Source: Candidatus Iainarchaeum sp.
GTDB taxonomy: Archaea; Iainarchaeota; Iainarchaeia; Iainarchaeales; GCA-2688035
Assembly: GCA_017610175.1 (NCBI GenBank)
Contig: JAFCCO010000010.1
Coordinates: 1-53,031, forward strand
Direction: 5' to 3'
Length of the DNA stretch: 53,031 nucleotides
Position 1 is the first letter of the stretch. Every line of letters starts with the position of its first letter. This document shows, one piece after another, positions 45,081 to 53,031 of the stretch. Position numbers and translations under genes: made by a program. The notes below the pieces were generated by a model. It did no database searches. It was not told the origin of the DNA and saw only the letters and a list, made by a program, of their open reading frames with translations.

Positions 45081-47726
45081 TTACTTTTTCTGCTTGTCCT
45101 TGATTGCCGCCTGCGCTGCCGCAAGCCTTGCAATTGGAACCCTGTATGGTGAGCAGGAAACTTCGTTGAGACCAATTCTGTGGCAGAATTCAACCGACCT
45201 TGGCTCTCCGCCATGCTCTCCGCAAATTCCAATCTCTATGTCTTTGTTGGTCTTTCTTGCCTTCTCAATGCAGATTTGCATCAGCTTTCCCACGCCTTCC
45301 TGATCAATGCTCTGGAACGGGTCCCTTGCATAAATTCCCATTTCAACGTATGGTGCAAGGAACTTTCCTGCGTCGTCCCTTGAGAAACCACAGGTCATCT
45401 GTGTCAGGTCGTTTGTTCCGAATGAGAGGAACTCAGCTTCCTTTGCGATTTCGTCGGCTGTGAGCGCTGCCCTTGGAACCTCAATCATTGTTCCAACGCG
45501 GTAGTGCACTTTTCCCTCTGCCCCGGTTTCCTTTGCCATCTTTCCAACAAGGGCCTTTATTTTTGTGAATTCCTCAAGCTTCCCGATTAGTGGAACCTCG
45601 ATTTCAGGAATCGGCTTCTTGCCCGCTTCCTTAACTTCGAGTGCTGCTTCAAAGATTGCCCTTATCTGCATCTCGTTGATTTCAGGGAACACGACTCCGA
45701 GCCTGCATCCCCTAAATCCAAGCATTGGGTTGAATTCGTGAAGCTCTGCGATTTTCGCCTTGAGCTTGTCAACGGCAACACCCATGTCTTTTGAGAGTGC
45801 CTCAATTTCCTCGTTTTCCTTTGGCAGGAATTCGTGGAGTGGCGGGTCAAGCAGCCTTATAATGACCGGAAGGCCGTCCATTGCCTCGAAAATTCCCTTG
45901 AAGTCGCTCTTCTGGAATGGAAGCAGCTTGTCCAAAGCCTTCTTTCTGCCCTCGAGGTTTTCTGAGAGAATCATTTCCCTTACGGCCATGATTCTTTCCC
46001 CTTCAAAGAACATGTGCTCTGTTCTGCAAAGCCCAATTCCTTCAGCCCCAAACCCTCTTGCAAGTTTTGCGTCCTTTGGGGTGTCTGCGTTTGTTTTCAC
46101 TTTAAGGGTTCTGAAACCGTCTGCCCAGCCCATGAGCTTTGAAAAGTCTCCGCTAAGTTCTGCCTCAACAAGCGGTATTTCTCCCTGGAAAACCTGTCCT
46201 GTTCCACCATCAAGTGAAATCTTGTCCATCTCTTTGAATACAAGCCCGTCTTTTGTCTTCATTTCTCCGGCCTTTTCATCAATTGAGATGTCTCCTGCTC
46301 CTGCAACACAGGGCTTTCCCATTCCTCTTGCAACAACAGCCGCGTGCGAAGTTGCTCCGCCTCTTGCGGTGAGAATTCCCTTTGCTGCGTGCATTCCCTC
46401 AATGTCGTCAGGGCTTGTTTCAAGCCTTACGAGGATGAGTTTTTCCTTTGGGTTTTCCTCAATCATTGCCTTTGCCTTTTCAGCCGTGAAAACGATTTTT
46501 CCAACTGCTGCTCCGGGGCTTGCGTTGATTCCCTTTGTTATAACATGTGCTGCCTTTACTGCGACCTGGTCAAGCTGCTTGTGGAGAAGCTGGTCAAGCT
46601 GTTCAGGCTTTACCTTGAGAACGGCCTCTTCCTTTGAAATAAGCCCCTCTTTCTCCATGTCAACCGCAATCTTTATGGCTGCCTGAGCTGTTCTCTTTCC
46701 GTTTCTTGTCTGCAGCAGGTAAAGCTTTTTGTCCTCGATTGTGAACTCAAAGTCCTGCAAATCCTTGTAGTGGTTTTCAAGCGTGTCGTATATTTTGAGA
46801 AGTTCCTCGTACACGTCAGGCAGAACATCTTTCATGCTGTCAACAGGTTTAGGGGTCCTAATTCCTGCAACAACGTCTTCTCCCTGTGCGTCAATCAAGA
46901 ATTCCCCATAGTGCTCTTTCTTTCCTGTTGCGGGGTTTCTTGTAAATGAGACTCCTGTTCCAGAGTCCTGGCCCATGTTTCCAAAAACCATTGCCTGAAC
47001 GTTGACTCCTGTTCCGGCGTCTTTCCTCAAATTGTTGATTCTTCTGTATGCAATAGCCCTTGGGGTGTTCCAGCTTCCGAAAACGGCGTCAATTGACATA
47101 ACAAGCTGTTCCCATGGGTCCTGCGGGAAGTCCTTTCCTGCTTCGCTCATTATAAGTTCCTTGTACTTTGGAATCAAGGCTTTTAGGTCTTCGGCATCAA
47201 GCTCTGTGTCAAACTTTACGCCCTTTGTGTCCTTTGCGTTGTCCAAAATTTCCTCAAACTTTGAGTGCGCAACTTCCATCACGACGTTTCCGAACATTGT
47301 GATAAATCTTCTGTAAGAGTCCCACGCCGCCCTGTCGTTTTTTGTTTTCTTTGCAAATGCAAGAACGCTTTCATCATTCATTCCCAGGTTGAGGATTGTG
47401 TCCATCATTCCCGGCATTGAAACATAGGAACCGGACCTAACCGATACAAAGAGTGGGTTTTCCCCTGCTCCAAGCTTTTTTCCCTGTTCTTTTTCAAGTT
47501 TTTCAAGTTTTGATTTAACCTGTGTTTCAAGTCCCTTGGGCCATTTCTTGCCCTCGTCGTAGAACTCGTTGCAGGCTTCGGTTGAAATAGTGAATCCCTG
47601 TGGAACAGGCAGTCCTGCTTCGGTCATCTCAGCAAGCTGTGCTCCCTTGTTTCCTAGCTTAAACACCCATTCCTGTGTGTTTGCTCCCTTTACTTCGTCA
47701 AATGAGTATACGTATTCCTTTGTCAA
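45081..47726 (-). CDS. ppdK: Pyruvate, phosphate dikinase
   Basis: SVRSG...SMPGMMDT, TSHAAVVARG, GLCRTEHMF, FGTNDLTQ. Confidence 0.97.
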   Translation of the reverse strand: MTKEYVYSFDEVKGANTQEWVFKLGNKGAQLAEMTEAGLPVPQGFTISTEACNEFYDEGKKWPKGLETQVKSKLEKLEKEQGKKLGAGENPLFVSVRSGSYVSMPGMMDTILNLGMNDESVLAFAKKTKNDRAAWDSYRRFITMFGNVVMEVAHSKFEEILDNAKDTKGVKFDTELDAEDLKALIPKYKELIMSEAGKDFPQDPWEQLVMSIDAVFGSWNTPRAIAYRRINNLRKDAGTGVNVQAMVFGNMGQDSGTGVSFTRNPATGKKEHYGEFLIDAQGEDVVAGIRTPKPVDSMKDVLPDVYEELLKIYDTLENHYKDLQDFEFTIEDKKLYLLQTRNGKRTAQAAIKIAVDMEKEGLISKEEAVLKVKPEQLDQLLHKQLDQVAVKAAHVITKGINASPGAAVGKIVFTAEKAKAMIEENPKEKLILVRLETSPDDIEGMHAAKGILTARGGATSHAAVVARGMGKPCVAGAGDISIDEKAGEMKTKDGLVFKEMDKISLDGGTGQVFQGEIPLVEAELSGDFSKLMGWADGFRTLKVKTNADTPKDAKLARGFGAEGIGLCRTEHMFFEGERIMAVREMILSENLEGRKKALDKLLPFQKSDFKGIFEAMDGLPVIIRLLDPPLHEFLPKENEEIEALSKDMGVAVDKLKAKIAELHEFNPMLGFRGCRLGVVFPEINEMQIRAIFEAALEVKEAGKKPIPEIEVPLIGKLEEFTKIKALVGKMAKETGAEGKVHYRVGTMIEVPRAALTADEIAKEAEFLSFGTNDLTQMTCGFSRDDAGKFLAPYVEMGIYARDPFQSIDQEGVGKLMQICIEKARKTNKDIEIGICGEHGGEPRSVEFCHRIGLNEVSCSPYRVPIARLAAAQAAIKDKQKK

Positions 47727-47821
47727 AAAAGCTCACCTCTTGTTTTATAGAAAAAAATCGTATTTTCTAATATCAGAATCTGCCCCAGAAAGTGTTTTAA
47801 AACCAACTGAAACCCTTTGAA

Positions 47822-48358
47822 TTAGCGAATCCTGTGCCTTTTAAGTGGCTTTGCCTTCTTTCCGGTATCCCGAAAACCGCTCCAGGACCCTTTCCGCTTT
47901 ACAAACTCCAGTTCCCCGCCTTTCCTAAGCCTTTCAAGAAAGCGCTTTCCTGGCTCAAGAGGCCTGTCGGCAACAATAATTGCGTTTTTTCCGGCCTTTC
48001 TCTTCATCCATCTGAAAAGCTGCAGCGCAGGGCTCACTCCCTTCAATCTTGTATATTTGTGGGTTAATCCCTTTCTTGTCTTAAAATGGAACTCAACAAT
48101 CGGCTCCCCGCCTGGAATTGCCAGCTTTTTGAAGAAAAGCGCACTCATTGGCTCCCCGTTTGCAAGCAAAACCAGCAAATGCCGCTTGGAAGCCTTTCTT
48201 TGCCTAAGGTGCCTTTTTTGAACGGGTGAAACTTCGCTTATTGTTTTCAAAGAGGTTTCAAGAATCCGCTTTTTCTCGGCATCGCTTGCCTTAAAATCCA
48301 GCCCGCCAGGAGTTTTCCATGTTGCAACATCAACAAGCCTGAACTTAACTTCAGCCAT
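47822..48358 (-). CDS. Basic hypothetical protein (possibly a degenerate GNAT fold)
   Basis: Very Lys/Arg-rich, ends KAKPLKRHRIR; the fold assignment is weak. Confidence 0.65.
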   Translation of the reverse strand: MAEVKFRLVDVATWKTPGGLDFKASDAEKKRILETSLKTISEVSPVQKRHLRQRKASKRHLLVLLANGEPMSALFFKKLAIPGGEPIVEFHFKTRKGLTHKYTRLKGVSPALQLFRWMKRKAGKNAIIVADRPLEPGKRFLERLRKGGELEFVKRKGSWSGFRDTGKKAKPLKRHRIR

Positions 48359-48365
48359 AATAGAA

Positions 48366-49070
48366 TTAGTTATCTTCCTTTATAATGTCTTTCCTGAGCG
48401 GGTATTTTCCGCAGGACTCCTTTTCAGGGCAGTAGCCAAGCTTTGCGCACTTTGCCCCCGTCTTTCCAAACAGTTCGGGAGCCTCTTTTTTGCAGAGCCT
48501 GAGCATTTCCTGCGCCAGCGCGCGAATTTCCCACTGCGCCCTAGTGCAAAGCCTGTGCTCAAAGAAATTGTACAAGGCCCGCACATTCATTGTGGCAATA
48601 ATCCTTGTCTCGCACGCGTTCGGAAGCAGAAAGCGGGCGTCCTCGGCCGGAACAGCCTTCAGCAGTTCATCGTAAGCCTTCCTTGACTCCTCAATTCCTG
48701 CAAGGAAATTACTGTACGCCTTTTCATCGGCTTTGATTTTTGGCGGGACAACAAAGTTGAATCCCCCCTCTTTAACATACCGTTGGCTTTGCTGGCTGAA
48801 TGATGAAATTCTGTGCCTGACAAGCTGGTGCGAGCAGGCGCGGGAAATTCCCTCAATTGCAAAGGTAAAAGAAGCGTGCTCCAGCGGAGACAAGTGCCCT
48901 GCGTCAACAAGGTGCTTTATCAGCCGCTTTGCATACTCGTCCGAAACCTTTTCCCTCAGTGCCTCAACATCAACCCCTGCATAGCACATGTGCGCCGCAG
49001 TTGCTGCCGTTTTCGCAGGATTCGGAGTGTGCGAAATCAGTTCAACCCTTAATTTTGCTTCCCCCAACAA
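48366..49070 (-). CDS. thyX: FAD-dependent thymidylate synthase
   Basis: GHLSPLEH, RHRISSFSQQSQRY, RAQWEIR. Confidence 0.96.
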   Translation of the reverse strand: MLGEAKLRVELISHTPNPAKTAATAAHMCYAGVDVEALREKVSDEYAKRLIKHLVDAGHLSPLEHASFTFAIEGISRACSHQLVRHRISSFSQQSQRYVKEGGFNFVVPPKIKADEKAYSNFLAGIEESRKAYDELLKAVPAEDARFLLPNACETRIIATMNVRALYNFFEHRLCTRAQWEIRALAQEMLRLCKKEAPELFGKTGAKCAKLGYCPEKESCGKYPLRKDIIKEDN

Positions 49071-49129
49071 ATCACCAGTAAAAAGAAGCTGGAATTTAAT
49101 TAAATACCTTTCTCTGCGCTATTTAATTC

Positions 49130-49792
49130 ATGCCAAGGCCGTCAAAGAAGCCATTGCCTGCAAAGAAGCTACCGCGCACAAAGAAGCCATTGCCTGCAAA
49201 GGGAAGAAAACCCGTTTCCGGCAAGAGGCCGGTGGCTCTAAGCAAGATTGGAAGGCACCAGGTTGGGGTTACGGGAAAGGTAAAGCATTATGTGGCGAAG
49301 TTTTCCGGAAGCCCGCTTGCAAGGGTGGAAAAAATTGTTGCCGACATAGCGGGATTCAATTCAATTGAGCTGCCTGTTGCGGAGGCCGGCAAATTCTGGG
49401 CAAAGAGAAGCGCGGAGGAAATTATTGAAACAAAAAGCGTTGTTGTTGCAAAACAGCCGGTTCCGAACGGCGCACCCGAAATAAGCGGCTGCACAGACCA
49501 CGCCTGTGCCATCTGTTCGGCGGTAAGGGCAATCGGGCTGAATGCGGTGTTTGTCAGGATGGGAAACCACAGCCATGTAGAGTTTTCATTCAGGGGAAAT
49601 GCCTATATTGCCGATCCAACAAAGGAAAGAAGGCCAATTGTGAGGAGAAAAATAGCGGCAGACTACCGAAACGAAAGGTTCTTTGAGAAAAAAGGGGCGT
49701 ATGCAAAGGGCGCAAGCCCGGCAAAAATAGGGCTCACGAAGGCGGCCAACTTCTACAAGTACAGTGCCGGCCCCGTGACCCAGGGGAAGTGA
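49130..49792 (+). CDS. Basic transglutaminase-like protein with repetitive Lys/Pro leader
   Basis: GCTDHA...RAIGL.A..V...HSHVE....YIADPT (C-H-D triad); three 18-bp repeats from 49143. Confidence 0.8.
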   Translation: MPRPSKKPLPAKKLPRTKKPLPAKGRKPVSGKRPVALSKIGRHQVGVTGKVKHYVAKFSGSPLARVEKIVADIAGFNSIELPVAEAGKFWAKRSAEEIIETKSVVVAKQPVPNGAPEISGCTDHACAICSAVRAIGLNAVFVRMGNHSHVEFSFRGNAYIADPTKERRPIVRRKIAADYRNERFFEKKGAYAKGASPAKIGLTKAANFYKYSAGPVTQGK

Positions 49793-49796
49793 CCAA

Positions 49797-50393
49797 ATGG
49801 TTGAGGCAATTATCTTTGACGCAGGCGGTGTGCTGTTAAAAGGGTCAATCAAGCGATTCCTTGATCGCTGCAGGGAAGAGTTGGGGCTTTCCCCAATAAA
49901 AAACATTGAGCAGGACGGCGGCGCAGTATTCGGCTTTGAAATGCAAACAGGCGTGAAAAGCCCTGCCGAAACGTTCAGCGAGCTGTTTGGAAACCCCGAA
50001 AAAGAACTCCTTAAAAAAGTGCTGAAGCTGAATGAAGCAGAGTGGCCGCAGGATCCTGAAATGGTTGAGTTTGCAAAAAGCCTGAAACCAAGGTACAAAA
50101 TTGGCCTGTTGAGCAATACAGACGAACTCCATTCAACACTCTGGAGGAAAAACGGTTTCACCAACCTGTTTGACGCCGTTGTCCTAAGCAACGAGGTTCA
50201 CCTTGTGAAACCGGACAAAAGAATATACCTGCTAATGCTTGAGAAAATCGGGCTGAAAGCAGGACAGTGCGTGTTTGTTGATGACATAAAAGACTGCATT
50301 GAGGCCGCCAAAAAGCTTGGCTTCAAAACCGTTCGCTTCAGTGGAAAAAGCCAGCTTGAAAACGAATTAAAAGGCTTGGGGGTGGAATTTTAA
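49797..50393 (+). CDS. HAD-superfamily phosphatase
   Basis: IFDAGGVL, LLSN, KPD, FVDD. Confidence 0.92.
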   Translation: MVEAIIFDAGGVLLKGSIKRFLDRCREELGLSPIKNIEQDGGAVFGFEMQTGVKSPAETFSELFGNPEKELLKKVLKLNEAEWPQDPEMVEFAKSLKPRYKIGLLSNTDELHSTLWRKNGFTNLFDAVVLSNEVHLVKPDKRIYLLMLEKIGLKAGQCVFVDDIKDCIEAAKKLGFKTVRFSGKSQLENELKGLGVEF

Positions 50394-50394
50394 T

Positions 50395-50859
50395 ATGGCC
50401 AACCTTCCCAAGGACTTTGTTGTGACCGCAATAATTGTCAAAGAGCAGTCCGTTCTTCTTGTAAAACACAGAAAGCTTGGCCTATGGCTTCCAATCGGCG
50501 GACACATTGACGAGGGAGAGGATCCGATTCAGGCCCTAGAGCGGGAAATTGCCGAGGAGTCAGGGGTGAGCGTTGAACTTGTTGCCGAAAAGCACAGCGA
50601 TGCAGAGTGGGGTGAAGTTCGCGCCCTGCCTGTTCCTGCACAGCTGCAGGTGGAGTACATTGACGGAAAGCACGAGCACATCGACCTAATTTACTTTGCA
50701 AAATACCTTGAGGGGAAGGCAAGGCTTGCAGAAGGCGAGCACCACGACATCAAGTGGTTTTCAATAGACGAAATTGAATCCGACAAAACAGGCTTTATTT
50801 CACAGGACGTCAAGTTCCTTGCAAGAAAGGCAGTTGAGGCAGTAAACCCAACAGAATAA
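50395..50859 (+). CDS. NUDIX hydrolase
   Basis: WLPIGGHIDEGE...ALEREIAEESG. Confidence 0.9.
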   Translation: MANLPKDFVVTAIIVKEQSVLLVKHRKLGLWLPIGGHIDEGEDPIQALEREIAEESGVSVELVAEKHSDAEWGEVRALPVPAQLQVEYIDGKHEHIDLIYFAKYLEGKARLAEGEHHDIKWFSIDEIESDKTGFISQDVKFLARKAVEAVNPTE

Positions 50860-50932
50860 TGAACCCTGTACAAATGACGAATAACGCACCATTGAGTTCT
50901 TTTTTAATTACTTTTCGCAGGGGTTTTCCTTT

Positions 50933-52300
50933 ATGGCAGAGAGAACGGTAATGAAGTTTGGCGGAAGCATTCTAAGCAGTTCAGCTGACCTGCAGAGAAT
51001 TGCATCACTTGTCAAAAAAAGACGCGAAAGCGAGGAAATCTGCATAGTTGTTTCAGCCCTCAAAGGGGTAACGGATTCACTGATTGAGGCAAGCGAGAAT
51101 GCGCTTGAGGACAACAAGTCAATTAACTCATTTCTCAAGGAATTAAGGGAGAAGCACTTTTCGCTCGTTGAGGGGCTTGAAACAGAAAAGGCAAAACAGG
51201 TTGCAACAGAAAAGCTCAACCAAAAATTTGAGGTGCTTGAAAGGGTTTTGTTTGGAATAAACTACCTTGCCGAACTGAGCGAGAGAAGCAAGGCCCTTGC
51301 ATACACCTTTGGGGAAAGGCTGAGCGCAATTCTCGTCGAAGCATACCTGCTTGATGCAGGGCTTGAGGCGGAATCAATGGACGCAAGCAAGGCGATTGTA
51401 ACAGACGGCAACTTTGCGGCCGCATCCCCCCTGATGGACAAGACCGCAAAAAAATCACAACAGCTTGGCAAAATGCTCCCGGAAAAAGTTGTTGTTGTAA
51501 CAGGGTACCTTGGAGCCGACTCCAAGGGGAACACAACCTGCTTTGGCAGAGGGGGCTCTGATTTCTCGGCAGGAATTCTTGCAAACGTTTTAAACGCCGG
51601 CTCGCTTGAGCTGTGGAAGGACGTGGACGGCTTTATGAGCGCAGACCCAAAGGCAGTTCCTAAAGCAAAGCTTCTCAAACTGCTAAGTTATGAGGAGGCA
51701 GAGGAACTCGGATACTTTGGCGCAAAAATACTGCACCCGAGAACAATTGTCTCAATAAGGGAGCGGGAAATAAGGGCGGTTGTGAAAAACATTCACTCCC
51801 CTGAAAAAGAGGGAACTGTGATTTCGGCAGAAAAGGAACGGCACGAGAACGTTGTAAAAAGCATTGCAACCCGAAAGCAGATTGCCTCGGTCTGCGTGCG
51901 AAGTGCTGCCATGGTCGGGGTTTCAGGCGCACTGGCCCAAATGTTTGACGCACTCTCAAAGGCAGGGATAAGCGTTGACACTGTGGCAACCTCGGAAACA
52001 GGGGTTTCAATTACGGTAAACGAATCAGACGCAGACGCCGCAAAGAAAGCGCTTGAAGCCTGCCCAATCCAGTTTGACTCAATCGAGGTTGAAAAGGACG
52101 TTGCCGCAATCGGCCTTATTGGAGAGGGGATGAAGGGAGTGCACAGCCTCTCAGGAAGGCTTTTCTCAGCCCTCGGAAACAGCAACATAAACATTGAAAT
52201 GATTTCACAGGGCGGAAGCGAAATAAACATCTCATTCCTCGTAAAGCAAAAAGACCTCGGCAACGCGGTAAAAGCAATTCACTGCGAATTTATGGAATGA
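50933..52300 (+). CDS. lysC: Aspartate kinase with two ACT domains
   Basis: MKFGGS, VVSA..GVTD, GRGGSD, KDVDG..SADP, GAKILHP. Confidence 0.93.
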   Translation: MAERTVMKFGGSILSSSADLQRIASLVKKRRESEEICIVVSALKGVTDSLIEASENALEDNKSINSFLKELREKHFSLVEGLETEKAKQVATEKLNQKFEVLERVLFGINYLAELSERSKALAYTFGERLSAILVEAYLLDAGLEAESMDASKAIVTDGNFAAASPLMDKTAKKSQQLGKMLPEKVVVVTGYLGADSKGNTTCFGRGGSDFSAGILANVLNAGSLELWKDVDGFMSADPKAVPKAKLLKLLSYEEAEELGYFGAKILHPRTIVSIREREIRAVVKNIHSPEKEGTVISAEKERHENVVKSIATRKQIASVCVRSAAMVGVSGALAQMFDALSKAGISVDTVATSETGVSITVNESDADAAKKALEACPIQFDSIEVEKDVAAIGLIGEGMKGVHSLSGRLFSALGNSNINIEMISQGGSEINISFLVKQKDLGNAVKAIHCEFME

Positions 52301-52573
52301 GGCCAAAACGGTTTGTAAACAAAGCTTCCGCCCAAAATCCAACCCGCACACCGAACAGCAGCCGTTTCCAACACGCAAACAACCAGCTTTTACCACCCAC
52401 TCCCCCTCAACAGGGCAAAGGTTTATTTAGGGGGGAGTTATTGTATTGATAGTGTAATCGCGTATTGGTTTGGTTGTGTTTTTGGGATGTTGGGGGGTAG
52501 GGTTGTGTTGTTTTTTCTCCCGCTTTTTTTCCCTGCGGTAAAATTAGTTTATTGTTATTCAAAGATTCTACTT

Positions 52574-53031
52574 ATGGGAGAAAGTAGTTTATTACTTTTA
52601 ATGAAAAGGTTATATGCAAAAACACAGTTATTTGGTACTGGTTTTGGAGCCGTAGCCATAATGGCAATTGCAATAGTGGGGGTACTCTCAGTTCTGCTGT
52701 TGATGCAAACAACCGCAACACCCTCTACAATAAACACGCCCTACGAAACAAAAGCAAATGAATTAGGGGAATACGCCCGCCTTGCAGAAGAGCCTAGTAG
52801 GGGGGTTATTTTAGACAACCAGAATCCCGCAACCAAAGCATCCTTCAAAGAAGCCGACAAAAACTTGAAATTTGATGCCAAAAATTTGCTGATAAAAGGC
52901 AGTAAAGAAAACCAAGCCCTCAAAACACTGAAAATAAAAAAAGTAAAAGAAAACCTCTACGCATTCAAATCCCTGAAAGGAGCTGTTATTGAGATAGGGA
53001 GCGAAAGGCACTCGGCACCAACACCCTACCT
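52574..53031 (+). CDS. 3'-truncated surface-protein gene, paralogue of the gene at the window start (not in ORF track)
   Basis: Open frame from ATG 52574 or 52601: MKRLYAKTQLFGTGFGAVAIMAIAIVGVLSVLLLMQ...FDAKNLLIKGSKENQALKTLKIKKVKENLYAFKSLKGAVIEIG; no stop before the window end. Confidence 0.85.
   Translation, partial: MGESSLLLLMKRLYAKTQLFGTGFGAVAIMAIAIVGVLSVLLLMQTTATPSTINTPYETKANELGEYARLAEEPSRGVILDNQNPATKASFKEADKNLKFDAKNLLIKGSKENQALKTLKIKKVKENLYAFKSLKGAVIEIGSERHSAPTPY
52869..52982 (+). repeat. Direct repeat, copy 2 (copy 1 at 1-114)
   Basis: Near-identical, in the same reading frame of a paralogous gene. Confidence 0.95.

Noticed and set aside
41406-46686. Long + strand ORFs 41406-42284 and 45760-46686
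   Set aside because: Antisense shadows of the coiled-coil gene and ppdK.
1-53031. Circular element or plasmid implied by the terminal direct repeat
   Set aside because: The copies differ internally, copy 2 continues into different sequence, and the cargo is chromosomal housekeeping genes.

Overview
Archaeal chromosomal DNA, most consistent with a DPANN archaeon of the Diapherotrites/Iainarchaeota type. This is an inference from class III signal-peptide pilins, a TRAM protein, a single-OB SSB, KaiC-like ATPases, TATA boxes about 30 nt before many starts, and frequent TTG/GTG starts. The window opens inside a large mosaic surface-protein gene and ends inside a paralogue that shares a near-identical 114-bp block. 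Its centre is an 18-kb type IV pilus/T2SS-like locus: 8 pilin-like genes, a 1883-aa adhesin whose vWA domain is split by three apparently circularly permuted LamG domains, a 906-aa Lys/Pro-rich protein, a TadA/VirB11 ATPase and two TadC proteins. Also present: bacterial-type coaD-coaE, an apparently intact IS200/IS605 element (tnpA+tnpB), a KaiC-like triplet, a solo Cas4-like nuclease, and housekeeping genes (nth, dus, satP, ppdK, thyX, aspartate kinase). Signals not visible in the ORF track: (i) a triple-frameshifted GGDEF-like gene, (ii) a candidate ~81-nt structured ncRNA with GCAA and UUCG tetraloops, its own TATA box and a T-tract, and (iii) scattered very basic, degenerate enzyme-like orphan proteins with Lys/Arg/Pro-rich ends. 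No rRNA, tRNA or CRISPR array was seen.
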